Numbered from the stretch's first letter, positions 1 through 14,958 are shown. The stretch is DNA of 64,000 nt from Paraspadella gotoi (GCA_051294375.1 CM119266.1:26711932-26775931); one strand, 5' to 3'. The notes: generated by a model not told the origin, from the letters alone. A program made the numbers and translations.

Positions 1-3000
1 CTCCCCTTGAATTTTCTCCTTTTAAGATTTTTAGGGATGAAAAATAAGAACAACCAAAACAACGAAAACCACAACGACAGCAACAACAACAACAACGACG
101 ACGACGACGACGACGGCAAAAACAAAACCTCGACCCAACTTTTTNNNNNNNNNNNNNNNNNNNNNNNNNNNNNNNNNNNNNNNNNNNNNNNNNNNNNNNN
201 NNNNNNNNNNNNNNNNNNNNNNNNNNNNNNNNNNNNNNNNNNNNNNNNNNNNNNNNNNNNNNNNNNNNNNNNNNNNNNNNNNNNNNNNNNNNNNNNNNNN
301 NNNNNNNNNNNNNNNNNNNNNNNNNNNNNNNNNNNNNNNNNNNNNNNNNNNNNNNNNNNNNNNNNNNNNNNNAAAAACAGGAAAACAACAAAAACGTTTG
401 TCTCCCCGACGACGTAAACATTCGCTTCTGTTTTCTTCTTCATTTTTTTTTCCATAAAAATATTTTCCTATTTTTTTTTTCTCGACGCTAAAAGTTGATG
501 ATAAAAGAAAGAAAGAAAAAAAAAGAAAGAAAAATAAATCTAAAAACGTCTCGCGCGTGAATCTTCGTCGAGAGAAGATAAAATATCGAATTCACCAAAA
601 TGACTTTTTTCCTTCTTTTTTATTTTATTTTTTCCTCTTTTTTCTTCTTTTTCTTTCTTATCTAATTTTAATATTATTTCTTCTCCCGCTTCGGTTTTCC
701 TAAGATTTCCCCAGTTCTTTTTGTAACTCTCATCGGTTGTCTAATCCGAAGATAGCAAGTTGAAGTTTGTATGTCTTGACAAATTTAATTTTTCATATCT
801 TTGTTATAAAATTCGACAATATGTCTGTTAAAGATTTTTAATTTTCTTTAAACCGCAGAAAGATTGTAAAAGTTAAGACGTTTAGAGGCAATAATTCATT
901 GCATATTACGCGATACTTACTATTTAGTATGTATATTATGAAGATATTACCGTCTCGACACTACAACCTTGATATCGTTTGCAATTTCTCTTTATCTTCT
1001 CTTCTATCTTTTTTTTCCTTTTTCGTTCTTTCCTCTTTAGCCGCCTTGAGCCTCGTTCATTTTCTTTCTTTCCTTCTCTTCTTTTTCCTTTTCTTCTCTT
1101 TCCTTTTCTTCTCTTTCATTTTCTTCTCTTTCCTTTATCATCGAGAAGCATCGAAGAAAAAGACGTTAGGGAGAAAGGGAAGCCGATGCGAGAGGAAAGG
1201 GAGAGAGAGANNNNNNNNNNNNNNNNNNNNNNNNNNNNNNNNNNNNNNNNNNNNNNNNNNNNNNNNNNNNNNNNNNNNNNNNNNNNNNNNNNNNNNNNNN
1301 NNNNNNNNNNNNNNNNNNNNNNNNNNNNNNNNNNNNNNNNNNNNNNNNNNNNNNNNNNNNNNNNNNNNNNNNNNNNNNNNNNNNNNNNNNNNNNNNNNNN
1401 NNNNNNNNNNNNNNNNNNNNNNNNNNNNNNNNNNNNNNNNNNNNAGTTTTAACCCGCCGACGTTTCTAAACTCTAAAGAGCGAGTTATGTAAATGCCGTC
1501 CCTTTTTCTCTTATGTAGCGAAGCCTTCGTTTGCAGTATTTTAACCTTCATTCACCTTCTCCCTGCGTTCGTCGTCGTCGTCGTCGTCGTCGTTGTTGGC
1601 TGATGGGTAAGTTTGTGAACGCCTGCCGTATTTGGGGTGAGTATCAGTTCAAGTTTTTACTTGACAGTAAAAAAATTTTTCAAAATTTTTTTAAATATTT
1701 TACGATTTTGTTTTATTGTTTACCTAAAATAATTTTTACTTTGAAAATCAGCCTATCTTAATGTAGTCCTATCATGATTTCCTTACCTTTAATCAATTCA
1801 CATGATGATATAATATATAATCCTTTTTCAAACCGGTTCGGTTCCCGATTTACTAATTTCAAAAATCGTTTTTCAATTTTCGGTTTAATGGTTATGGTTT
1901 TTTACAAATAGTGACTCCTATCATTAACATATATTTTTACTTTCAAGTCTCTTTAATAAACTAACTCTCGACTCTTTTTTTTCCTCCTCAGTTCATCTTA
2001 ACTTTTTTTTTCGCTTCTAATTTCATCGCCTTTCCTAGCACGCGTTTCTCACGTGCAAAGCGTCGCGAATTTAACGAGTCTTTACGTCCCAACCTCTCGG
2101 CCTCACCCCTGTCCCTCTCCCTCTTTCCCTTCCTCACCTATCCACCCCACCGCGGATCCTCTCCGCTTCCCTTCCAGCTTCTTGAAAAAACCTCGATTAG
2201 GTAATTGAGTTCGCCCGTACGAGCCGATGGTCCGTACGAGCGATGGTCCGGACGCGTGCCGAACGAGATTCTCGCGTCCGGGCGATGAAGATATACTTTT
2301 TTATATATTGCAATACTTATAACATCAAAGTCGATACGGAAAATGTATAAAATAATTAAAGAGANNNNNNNNNNNNNNNNNNNNNNNNNNNNNNNNNNNN
2401 NNNNNACGACGACGACCTAAGAAATCCGGATTCGACGACGACGACGAAAAAGTACGACGGTTCGGTGAGACGCGTCGAGATCAAAGGCCGTTTGGATGTC
2501 GCGGTTTCACGCTAAGGAAAATTTGTGAGGCCGTTCATTGGGGCGGAAAGCACGAGTCTCACTTTGCGCCTGTTGCTGACCCGCGCAGTTGGCTAACCTC
2601 TATCGCGTGGCAGTTGTCATGGTGAATAGTTCGTATTTTGTTAGACAATTCTTTATTAATACAAGCTATGTTTGTATCTATGTCTCTTACAATTCTGTCG
2701 TTTGTATGTATACACATTCGATTGATACAGTTTGGGGATATAAAATTACGGAAAGAAAATCGCGTAAACTCGCGACTCGTCCGCGCTTAAACTAAGTTGT
2801 ACGCACGCCCGTTCGTAGGCGGACTCTTAGCGTATCATGACGCGCGGACCACCACGTATCGCGCGCGCGAAGGCGAGAAACGATCGTTTGGGGGCGTGAA
2901 CGCGACTCGAGGTCGATTTTTGTCGCGGAGGACGGAATCCTCGGGTCGAACTCTCATTTCGTCCTAGTTTTCGTCGTCGTTTTCGTCGTAATTTTCGTCT

Positions 3001-3104
3001 TAATTTAATCTTTTATTTCCCCGCGTTGTAGAATCGTAGATACTAGTACTTCCTACTTTCTTATTCTAAGTTTCCTCGTCGTTATATTGCCTTATTGTTG
3101 CCAG

Positions 3105-3590
3105 TTTTTTGTAACGCCGTGAGTACTCGCGGAGTAACTCTATAAGTCACTTTTCGGTCGGTCTGTCGGCCGGTCGGCCGGTCGGTCCGTCGGTCGGTAT
3201 GTCTGTTCCAATTACGTTAAAAATGCTCATAACTTGCATAATAGTTGCATATAGTTNNNNNNNNNNNNNNNNNNNNNNNNNNNNNNNNNNNNNNNNNNNN
3301 NNNNNNNNNNNNNNNNNNNNNNNNNNNNNNNNNNNNNNNNNNNNNNNNNNNNNNNNNNNNNNNNNNNNNNNNNNNNNNNNNNNNNNNNNNNNNNNNNNNN
3401 NNNNNNNNNNNNNNNNNNNNNNNNNNNNNNNNNNNNNNNNTAGCGCCGCCTTCAGGAAATCCTAAAACTATAAAGAAAAACAAAATTCTGATGCAGTGCG
3501 TGTCAGAAATACACGGACTAAGAAAGTTATTGTAGTCATGTCACGTCATGTCACGTCATGTCATGTCATGTCACGAGAAATATACGTGTT
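3105..3590 (+). mobile_element. Non-autonomous Helentron/DINE-like dispersed element
   Basis: Order of parts: T-run, hairpin gagtactc, actctataagtcac, (GGTC/GTCY)n microsatellite, tagcgccgcc and a (CATGT)n tail. The reverse complement occurs at 48690-48945. Confidence 0.6.
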
Positions 3591-6500
3591 AAGGCAGTTN
3601 NNNNNNNNNNNNNNNNNNNNNNNNNNNNNNNNNNNNNNNNNNNNNNNNNNNNNNNNNNNNNNNNNNNNNNNNNNNNNNNNNNNNNNNNNNNNNNNNNNNN
3701 NNNNNNNNNNNNNNNNNNNNNNNNNNNNNCTCCGTCTACTTCGTCGTTCGATTCGCCCTCTTCGTCGCGTTGGCGAAAAAAAAGGTGACTCACCCGCCCC
3801 AACTCACTCAAATCCTCACCCTCAATATCGCTCACTATCGCTCTCGACGATATCCTTACCCCAATAACTTACCCTTCATCCCGTTTCCAACTTCGATTTA
3901 TCCCATTAAGAGTTCTCCGCCTCTCATTCTCTGTCACGCCCACTCGACGCAGCCTCGCGCCTCTGACCTCTAGCGTTCCACTTCTGTTGCTGTCTCTTCT
4001 TTGACACTCTGCTCTCGATGCTTTTTTTATTTGCCAAATTTATTATAATGTCATTAGAGCTAAACATTGTAATCTTTTTATTTCTTTTCCTTTTCAATTT
4101 TTAAAACATCTCCCTTTCCTTTCATTTTCATACATCTCCCNNNNNNNNNNNNNNNNNNNNNNNNNNNNNNNNNNNNNNNNNNNNNNNNNNNNNNNNNNNN
4201 NNNNNNNNNNNNNNNNNNNNNNNNNNNNNNNNNNNNNNNNNNNNNNNNNNNNNNNNNNNNNNNNNNNNNNNNNNNNNNNNNNNNNNNNNNNNNNCGACCG
4301 AAAACAAACAAAACAACAACAAAAAAACTGAAACCAAAACAAACGACAAACTTCTCCTTTCAGATCGAAAAAATAAAAAAAAGGGGCGCGTGATCTTTAT
4401 GATCATCATCATCATCATCATNNNNNNNNNNNNNNNNNNNNNNNNNNNNNNNNNNNNNNNNNNNNNNNNNNNNNNNNNNNNNNNNNNNNNNNNNNNNNNN
4501 NNNNNNNNNNNNNNNNNNNNNNNNNNNNNNNNNNNNNNNNNNNNNNNNNNNNNNNNNNNNNNNNNNNNNNNNNNNNNNNNNNNNNNNNNNNNNNNNNNNN
4601 NNNNNNNNNNNNNNNNNNNNNNNNNNNNNNNNNNNNNNNNAAACAACATTAAAAATATTTTTTATTGCGTAAAAAAAGATCGAATTGAATTAGCGTTTTG
4701 AATAATAACTAGGCAGGTATATATGATTATCATTATGATTTATATTACGAATATTTCGCCAAAATACTTACATTTTTCATCGCTCACATGAAAGTTTTTC
4801 AAAATATATCTAGATTTCCGTGTGACTTGATGGACTATCTCAAGTCTCCAAAGTCTTTTCCAGTTTTCGAAGATCCTGGAAACTGAAAATTTTCCGTAAA
4901 TGACCGTAACGAACTGAATAAGCACGACTGTTATTGATTACTATTGTTTTAACATCTGAGCACTTCGGACTTTCAGTTAATTCCCATTTAATTTCGTATC
5001 ATAAGTGTATTTTGTTCTGTCACTCGATGCTATAAAAGCCAGATAAAAACGGCCTCGGTACCGCTAACCATGAATTCCAGACCTTACCCGAAAAGTAAGT
5101 CCACGGTTTTAGCATCGAATCGACTTCCAATCGTCAAATACTTTCCTGTGTTTCATTTTTCAACGCTATTACTATGAAATTGGGTAGAGCCAAATATGAA
5201 CAATTATTGATTCATTTAATAAAACAAGGTATTCGTGTGGCTGTTGTGGATTAAGGCCCATCCTTTTCATGTTCAACATACCCTTTTTTTTTATACTATC
5301 GTCACAATAAAGCAAAAACTTATAATTATACAGGCCACAGAATTCACGCAATTTATGCCAAACTGTCAACAACACGAAACAGACGCTCTTAAGTTTTAAC
5401 GCACCAAGTCGCCCGTGCGCTCTCAACTCCGCGCGCACGGTCGACACGTCGTAAACGCAACGCACGCTGCGCGCACGATAAAGAGGAGTCGGAAATGCGC
5501 GCGAATGAAAGCATTAGCGTTCCGAGTCTAGGAAAAATCTCGATTGCCACCGAAGCACAATTTTTGCCGAGTTTTATGGCAACTTCGGAGCAGGGTTAGT
5601 GGCGCCGGCCAGACGAAGCCGGGCCAGTGGAGTCGCCTTTTTGCCAGTCGATCGAGATGGTAGTTACTAAGTAAAAGGGGGGCAGGTGGAATTATTCCGG
5701 TTGCGAGCAAAACCAGAAATTTTGCCAGTACATCCAAAACAGAGTGGCGAATCGAAAGTCGCCCAGTCGACATGCCATCGGATGAGACGGCGCGGAACCC
5801 GTAATCGAACGCCTTCTTCCTCAATTTCTTATGATCTCCTTTTCGTTGGCCTCCTTATTCAACGAGGTCGTTTCCATCATTTGCTATATTCTTCCTCTCC
5901 TTTTATTCTTTCATTCTTCTTCCTCTTCGTCCTCTTCCTCGTCGTCGTCGTCGTGTCGTCTTTCCGGTCGCGACCCTCATCTCAAATTGACTTATTGCGT
6001 TCCCCTTTGGTTGACTTTCTCTTCTTTATTCCTTCCTGTCGTTCCTTACCTTTCTTAATTCTCATTACCTTACTTCCCTGTTCTTTCTTTTCCCCTTATA
6101 AAAATTATCATATCGTTATTCTAATCAATACTGTTGTCAACGCGCAATGCATTATTTGCCGACGCTCTTTTATCTATATTAGTTTGCCCACGCGGAACGA
6201 CGAACAGCGATTGTTTACTCGAACTCATTTTCAGCAAGCGGTTGCAAAAAAAAAAAAACACAACCCAAAACCACTAACAAGTTAATTCAATTGTATTGAG
6301 TTTAAAAGTTTTTTTTTTTCTTCCAAGCTGCTGTTTAATTACGATCTTAACGTTTGTCATGAAACTCGCAATTTCTCGCCCTGAAGCGCAGGATAAATCC
6401 TTCGTTCCATGTTTTAGCAAGAAGATGACCTAAGAAAACAAGCTTTGGTTGTTTTGGCGCCTCATGGGCAAACAAGACCGATAATCGGAGAGCGCCCAAA

Positions 6501-8050
6501 AAAAACTGTTGAGTAAACTGAATGCACAAACAATTTGGAAGACAGTTTGGGCGAGAACTCCGAGTGTTTGTTTGGCAGCGTCGTTGGAACTGTTGTAATA
6601 TTGACATGGAAAGTAAAACTAAAAAGGGGATTATCGTTAGTATTAGGTGAAGAGAAAAATGCTAGCAGCTCGCAGTCTCAGTGCGAACAGTCGGAGTTGC
6701 GCTCGTTGGTATGATCAGCTCCGAGGTCCTTGAGAGACGCGGACAAGAGAATCCGCGGCCTCTGATAAATGGATTCAGACCCAAAATCCGAATCTCTGGG
6801 GACGAAAAGGGTAAGAAGAAGAGTATATATAGAGGAAGAAAGAGGAGAAGGAGAGAAAGAAAGAAAAGGGAAAGAAGAAGACAAGGAATAGAAGAAGGGT
6901 AGAAAAAGAAAGGATAAGCGGAAGGAGACGAAGAGATAGAAGAGGGAAAGAGAAGAAAAAGAAGAAGAATAGGGAAGGAGTCGAAGAGATATGTAGAAGA
7001 AGAGGGAAAGAGAAGGAGAAGAAAAAGAAGAAGAAAGAAGGAAGGAGACGAAAACATACGTAGAGGAAGAGGGAAAGAGAAGAAGAAAAAGAAAAAGAAG
7101 AAGGAAGGAGAAAAAGGAGACAAGTGACAGTAGTGGGTCGCATCGGTTCCTTCTTTCCTCCCACGAGGATCGAGGATCGAGTTTCTGTCGTGGAACTTTT
7201 AATGACGAAACTGGGTCGGTTTCGGGTAAAGTCGAGTCCTGGTAAGGCGAAGAAGCTGCAAGAATCATTACTTGTCATGAATGTAGGGCGGCGGAATATT
7301 AAAGTCACTCACCGGCCAGTTCTTCCTACATATCCAAAACTTCCGGAGTGGAACAAAATAATTGGACTATCTGCATAACAAAAAGTGAACACTTGCAGTC
7401 CTGAAAGATATTGAAAATTAATTTAATATATATATTAATGTTCTAATTATAATCAGGGGAAGAGCTAATGGTTTTGTGTTATGAACCACCGATTTTGAAT
7501 CAAAAAGGCCAAAAGAAGTAAATGCACAACGTACGTTGGTAAGAGAAGGCACGCATTTTCACGCAGGTGCATTTAGATATATTTGTTCGTTGTTAAGTCG
7601 GTAAAGAAGAATGTAAAGAATAAAAAATCGATCTCTTTCGCGTCACGGTTTCGCGCCACGGTTTCGCGCCACGAACGCCACGAACGTCACGTCTTCTTTA
7701 CGAACGTCACGGGAACCGATGACTTACGCGACGCACTTAGACGCAGATCGCGCGCTCAAACTCCCGCGTTGTCATGGCAACCGGGAACGCGCGAAGCGGC
7801 GCGGCGGTCGAGACGCCCGAGTGAGTTGAGCTTAACGTCGTTCGGGGAGTTTAGCGTATCGTCACAAAAAGTTGAGCGTAGCGAGACGATTGGCGTCATG
7901 GCCGTTACGTGTGACTTTGCTTCGATGAAATAACGAGAATAATTGTGAGACTTTGTGAGACTCACTTCGCCGCGCTCGTTTTCCGTAGTGACGGGAAAAG
8001 AGACGGACGGATGTTACATTGAGCGGTGAGGGGAATGAGCGAAAATTGAG

Positions 8051-8100
<50 letters not shown>

Positions 8101-8309
8101 GAGAGAGAGAGGAGAGGCAATACCTCATGGCGCGGCTTTTGACCTTTCGGCGTTCGGTTAATCGTTCTTTCTTCTGTCCTCTCCTTTTCCAGTATAAGAA
8201 CGGAAAGGAAGATCAATTTTCGGAAAATATAATGTCCTACTCATACGTATTTTTACGTTAATTAAAAAATGATTTTCTCTGAAAAAGAAGAGTTTTATTA
8301 TTTATTTGA

Positions 8310-8885
8310 GCTTGAACAGTAAGGCGGGCCAAAATTGAACACTTTTTATTACTTCTAGTCCTCTCAAAAAAATTTCTTTTTTTCTTTTATTACTAAATCG
8401 ATTTTCAATGCAACTTTTTGAATTAGTTCATTGGGTTGTTGCACTGAAGCCTTAACAAATAATAGTTTTTTTAAAGAACGGATTCCTATAGAGCTTGAAA
8501 AAATAAATGAAGGTTAGTACTACAATTTTTTAAAATTTTGATAATAAATTGGTTAAAAATCGAAAAAACCTTAAAAAATAATAATCATCATCATCATTAG
8601 CATAATTTTATGGTTTTTTAAAATTTTCATAAACAAAACAAAAAAAATTTAAAAAATTTGTATTAATAAACTTTATCTAACTTTAAAAGCTCTATCAGAA
8701 TCTATTAAAAAAAATTGAAAAATTAAAAAACAATTTTTAACTTTATATAGTAATAAAATAATCTTTAAATGCTTCCGTGCGCTAATTAATAAGAAAAATT
8801 TTAAAAATTATTTTTATTTTCATATTCTCTATCAGTCATTTAACCATTATTTATTTGAGAGAACTTCTATTTTTCAACCTGTTCA
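8310..8885. mobile_element. AT-rich foldback MITE-like element (apparently a different family)
   Basis: gattcctatagagctt (~8481) pairs with aagctctatcagaatc (~8687), and tgaacag (~8313) pairs with ctgttca (~8879); the centre is near 8590. Confidence 0.6.
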
Positions 8886-9103
8886 TCAGATTTTTCAGTA
8901 ATGTTTTTCATTCGGATCACCTCTATTCGTTTGTTTTGGCGCTAAAAAAAAATCACTTGATCGAGCTCAACTCTATTTTCGTTTGTTTTTCCCGAAGATT
9001 TTACGATTCGGAGATTTTTGTACTTTTTACGCGGGGTTAAGTCAGTCAACGGCCGTACGTTAGGCAGATAAGAAAATGGTGCCGTTGCCACCGCCTCCGC
9101 CAA

Positions 9104-9148
<45 letters not shown>

Positions 9149-9165
9149 CTCTATCTCTCTCTCTC

Positions 9166-9223
<58 letters not shown>

Positions 9224-10656
9224 TCCATCTCACTCTCCCTCCCGCTAATCCATATCGAAACAACAAACAGGTTCTTTTTTTCAGACGTTATCGTTAACAA
9301 AAGGTCAAATACAAAAGGATGTTTAAAGTAGCCCCCCCACCAACGCAGCTTTTCTCAGAAAAGCTTCTTTCCACTAACCCCAACGACCAAACCACCGTCG
9401 GCCGTCGTCGAGACTTTTGATGCGATCTTTCGTGAAAGAAGATTACGCGGAAGGGGGCGCTGCACGTCAAAGTATGGGAGGGCGCCGTATCTTTTGCTGG
9501 AACAAAGAACATTGAGAATAAAGATGGGCTTATCTTGATGGAGAAAGTCGCATTTTCAAAAAGCAATTTTACCCAGTAAGGCCGCACGAAAACTGAGAAA
9601 AATTTAGACAATGACAATTAATTGAGTTGACCCCCGTTTTTTATTGCGCATGCGTTGGTACGGCGCCAATCGGCGAGTCTATAAAGGATTTACGGTTATG
9701 ATAAGCAATTAAGCATGTCTTAATTGTCTTACGTTAATAGCTAACTTTATTTATTTGTGAATTAAATTTTAAAGAAAGCTTACCACTTCTGTTTGTAGCC
9801 TTTTTTTCGTTTCAATAGAAACAGGTCGCGTTTGCTTTTCACCGTTAATCCCTTTGAATTTGATTTTCTGCCGATGATTCGTTCGAAACCAAATCGTTCG
9901 CGATTCCAATTTGCGTCTTTCCAGTTTCCGTTCGTCGCTGAATTTCAAAGGTCAAATCCTGGAAATGGAAAAACGAAAATCGGAAAACGGAAAGAGAGAA
10001 ATTGAAAAAGGAAAATGGAAATTGGAAAATTTTCGAAGAAGAAGACACGAAGTAGTTAACTCTAAAGAGACTCGAAGTTAAACGATTTAGTTAAGCTGGG
10101 AAAGAATAGTTAACAATGAACACTTACACTGTTCAATGAGATCATTAAACATAATAAACTTTCCTAAGTCTTGTTTGTAGAAGTAAACCATCTTTTTATT
10201 TTATATTCATAAATATTAAGCGAACAAATTGACGCCGTATAGTCCCACTTATTCGGCGTCAAGAAATAGAAGGCGATCACAACTAACATTAACAATTCAC
10301 AAATACAAAACCTGATCACTAATTCACCTTTTCCTTAACCTCATCTCCCACTCGAACTCAAAAAAACAAATCCACTTTCCGATGGGATTCCGATGGCAAC
10401 CGAAAAAAAAAGGAAACAAAATTACAAACAAAAGCCAAACGGATTCTCGAATCTCGATTATCGGCGGCGCCCCCGCACGGGCGAAACTCGCGTTTATTTT
10501 AAATCGAAGATAAACAAAAACAGAAACAAACAAAAGATCTGGGGGGAGGGTGGGGCGCGGAAGAGAAAAGGATTAGAAACAAACGAGAAAACTCATTAAA
10601 GGGCGAAACGGTCTCCGGCGATTTGTTTTGTCTGGCATGGGATTTCGTTTCTAATT

Positions 10657-10872
10657 TTAATCGAGTACTTTACTCGTTGTCAAGCGCCTCGAGAGGGCGG
10701 TAGGAGTGATGGGAGCAACGCGGTGGCCACTGGAGCGAAAGCTGTGTGGCGAGAGCATCTGGAGTGCAGTGGCGAGGACCGAGGGGGATGAATTTGGGGA
10801 AACCGTAGGCTTGGCGGCATGAGAGACAACGATTCTTGCATGGGTTGGAGCTATGGGAGCCGTTTTGGCCAA
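10657..10872 (-). CDS. Possible exon, product unknown
   Basis: Complex, GC-balanced block preceded on the minus strand by TGCAG; two frames are open across most of it. No recognisable motif. Confidence 0.2.
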   Translation of the reverse strand: MAKTAPIAPTHARIVVSHAAKPTVSPNSSPSVLATALQMLSPHSFRSSGHRVAPITPTALSRRLTTSKVLD

Positions 10873-12456
10873 CTGCAGTCGATCGGAATCAATTTTCGTG
10901 CCTACGTCCTGTGGGCAGCAGTAAATGTAAAGAAGATTAACGTTTGTTATACGGCTGCTCCGCTGCGGCGGCGTCAGCGTCGATTATTTCTCTCACGAAA
11001 AAATCTTTCGCTTAAAGATTTATGGTTCCCGTTTTTCCTCCGCCTTAATTCTCCGATCGATCTCGAATATGATCACTACTGCGACCGACTTCACCTCCTT
11101 CCTCCCCGCGGAAGAGCACACCCATCTCCGATCCATCATCCAGCCCCTGACCCAGACTCGCAATCAATCACCCACCCCTTTTCCCTTTCCTTTTTTTTCT
11201 TTTCTTTTCATTTTTTCCGCTCTTCTCTCTTTTTTCCCATTTTTTCTTCTTTCTTTCCTTCCTCTTTTCCTTTAATCCTTTCCTTTCATCTTCGCCTTTT
11301 TTCTTTTCATTGTTCGGACCTTTTCCTTTCTCCCTCTTTTTATCNNNNNNNNNNNNNNNNNNNNNTCATCGGCGTCGTTGATCATTTGTTGTCGTCGAGA
11401 GGTGATACGGGTGAAACAGTGAAGTGAAACGGTGAAGAGGAATAGAGCGATTTGTTCACGCGAAATCGTTTATGTATATATTTTACAGTTTATTTTTTTT
11501 ATAATAATTGTTTATTTTTATTGTTATTTTTTGCGTATTCATTCAAAAAAATATTTATCTTTTTCCTTCAGTTACTGTAAAAGAAAAGCGATGCCCTTTT
11601 ATTCTTGTATAATTTAGTTTCGTTTAGATCGATAGAATCATTTGTTTTCCGTTGAATATCTTGCCGTGCTCTTCCCCGCGATCAGCTGTTATGTAAGCTA
11701 ACGAACGAGCGTGTTTAAGTTTAATCTTTCACAAGTCTTTTACTCTCAATTCAAACACATGTAAAAATGAAAAGGAAAATACTTTAAATAATGTTTGTGC
11801 TATAAAGCTGCCGGTGTTTTATTCTCTATTCTGGAACCCAAATTGAAGGTTAGTTTATATTGGAATTATATTGATTATATTGATTATATATGTTACTTAT
11901 AAGTTTAAGGTTTAAAGTTTATTTAATATTAATTTAGCATTGTCTATTTTTTGTAGTTTTAACTTCTCCTCCATTGCCTACCATCCATTCACCATTGACT
12001 TGGTTCCTTACTTATTTGTCTACTTACCATGAATATTGGTACCTGAGATTGGAAATTGTGTTATCTCAAAATGTGGTTACTATTTCTGCTTTATTACATG
12101 GTTCTAAGAATATAAGGTTATAGTTAAGGTGTTTTACATGTTAGAACTGTTTGGTTTCCAAAGACACTTATTTGAGAGCAGTTAAACACGAATTTGAATT
12201 CAATAATTAATTAGGGCACAAATTAGGGCACTCTAGAAGAATAGAGATGAAACTTAGATTTGTTTTATTTGCGATCAGATTATCTAGGTCGCGCGTTAAG
12301 AAGCGCTTCACTCTCTCTCTTTCTCTCTCTCTCTCTCCCTTACGGTCTCTCTTTCTTATTCCTACCCACCTCCTTTGTTGGCTTCTCCTCGTAAAACCGC
12401 CAGGGGGACCAATTCCATGGAGTCGGATTTTTTTTTCAAAGGAATTTCTTCTCTCT

Positions 12457-12494
<38 letters not shown>

Positions 12495-14958
12495 TTGAAG
12501 GACGCTTGACAAAAAAGGGAGACTAAACCGGATCCTCCTCTTCCGCTTTTGAAGGTTAATCTAAGGTTTATGGTGAGAAGAAAAGTGTCCTTTTGTCGTC
12601 ATAAATGTATCCCATTGTACTTTGAGAAGGATCTGAAGACAGTATTTAAAATTTTAAGTGACTGTCAGTTTGGGACTTTGGGATAATATACATTTAACTT
12701 GACACCGTTGCAATATTTATTCAAATAATTTTATTGGTTGTACAAATTTCATACGTAAATACTAGCTCAGATAACGGCAGCGCTATAGTATTTTCGATGG
12801 ATTGTAAACAAGGTTTTTCTCTATTTAAAGCATATAAAGCAAAGTAAAGACATATAAAGAAAGTAATTTTGTAATTTTGAAAAAGTACAAAAAAAAGAAT
12901 AAAAAAATAGAAAAAAATGTGAAGTCATTTCGGATTTCCAAGATGGAAGATTCCTTACCACTCACGCCCTCGACCCCCCCCCCACCTCACAACTAAAACG
13001 CAGAATTTTCATCCTTTCGTGAAAGGATTCGTTTCACGCTTCAAATCTTCACGGGAGGGGGCAGGACTCCTGGGGTGAGGTTAAGCGGAGGGAGTGGGTG
13101 AGGGAAAAGAGAAGAGAAGCACTGAGCTAACTGCGTAGTCTAGGAACGGCAAATAATTAAAGTATATATTAAGCGACACATCAATAGCTCCGCTATCTGT
13201 TCATGGTTGAACTTTGATGATTTAGAATAAGATATATATAAAGATACTAGAAGTTGTGAAGACAAAGATTTAAAGATCGAATTTAGGGCAAAAACGGAGG
13301 ACAAAGAGGAAGAGAGGGCGCATAAGGACAGGAAGGGGAGGGGGGACATGCTTTTTGCGAGATCGTAAAGATTTGGAATCTGCGGTCTAAACGTGGGGGC
13401 GGAGTCGGTCGCGGTTGAAGGACGAAAAGAGGAGGGGGGAGAAGGGGAGAAGGAGAGTGGAGTTTGGAGAGGATAAAACGGATGGAGGAAAAGAAAGGCA
13501 TCGAGAAAATAGGAAGGAGAAAAATGTAAAGGAAAAAAGAGAAAAGGTTTCGACAAGGTTTTGTTCTGGACCAATCGGTTTCGTCAAAGTTACTCGAGCT
13601 TTCGTTAAAGTTAAAACCCGTGTGCGTGCTTTGGAGAATCGGCCGAATATCGATCTTTCCTTTCCCGGTAAAATGCTAGATTAAATGGCAGCCAACCAGG
13701 CGTCTATCGGCTTCTCTCGGCGCTCTGTCGGCGGTTGGCAAACGCCTTAGACCGTCTCACGCTGGCAGGAAATGTCGTGACACATTTAATATCCAGGGTA
13801 AAACTATGGCGTTGGATCGTTGGCCTTCGGCGTTGACATCAAGAAAGAAACTCTGACAACGGCGGAAGCCTTTCAATGTTTTGAGATTAACTTAAAGAGG
13901 TGATGATAGTCCAAAATTTTGTCTTATTGCAGGAGTTTAGCATGGTTTTGACCCTTGTTGGCAAAGCGGTTGTAAGCTTTGAAAGCTGAAGATTTTTACC
14001 GATGTTTGGTCCTCATGAGAAAAAACGTTAACTTCGCTTCGACGACGAAAGAAACCGTAAATTTTCGACGCTGAAATCAAAAGAAGCGGAAAAATCAGAA
14101 GCGGAAGGAAATAGGAGGGAAAATTTAAATGACACAGCGTTTTTCTGAGAGAGAGAGAGAGATAGAGAGAGAGAGTAAGAATTTTATTTTATTAGCTACG
14201 CTTAAGTTCTTCCTCCTTTTATTTATTTCTTTTTTTTTGCGATAAAAACAAAAAGTAAAAACATTAAAAGTGTCTTTCAATTTTATGAATACTGAATAGG
14301 TTTGTTGACATTTTAAAAACTTTTCTACTGGCTCAGGAGCTTAGGGATATTTTCGAATTGCGCTAAAAACGAAGAATAAACGTTAAATAAAATTTAAAAA
14401 ATAAATAAATAATAAATAAATAAAATAACTAAGAATAAACGTTAATAAAATTTTAAAAAAATATTCGAGAATGAATTTAAAATTGTTGTCGTCTCTCTCC
14501 GAAGCGAAATCCGCCAATCGTCAAAAGTTTTCTTTATCTTGGTGAAGTAATTTATGAACTATGAATAATGTACATATATTCTAGGATTGTTATCGCCAAA
14601 ACTTAATCATATGAGAATTCTTCCGAGAATGTCACTGCCTGTATTTCTCAGTAATTTCAAAGTCGACTTTAAACTCACGTGATCACAGATAAGATTTCTT
14701 GGGTGAAATCTTACCGAGCAGAATATTTTTCGGCATTTTAACCTACACGTAATAAAGAAACAACTTTTTAAATAAAAAAATTATTTTCCTAGCCAAACTT
14801 TTTTTCTCACAAAAAAACTAAACTCGGTTTGTATACAATTTGTATAACAATTTCCAAATAACTTATAATATTTCGTATTTGAGGCCTCCTTAGAACATGT
14901 AAAAAACCTATTAGGTTTCCGCTACTTACTACGTTAAAAAAGAGATTCCACTCTTCCT

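Noticed and set aside
6660-7380. Two complex blocks flanking a purine tract that might be exons
   Set aside because: Splice signals are possible on both strands, with no consistent donor/acceptor pair and no recognisable motif.
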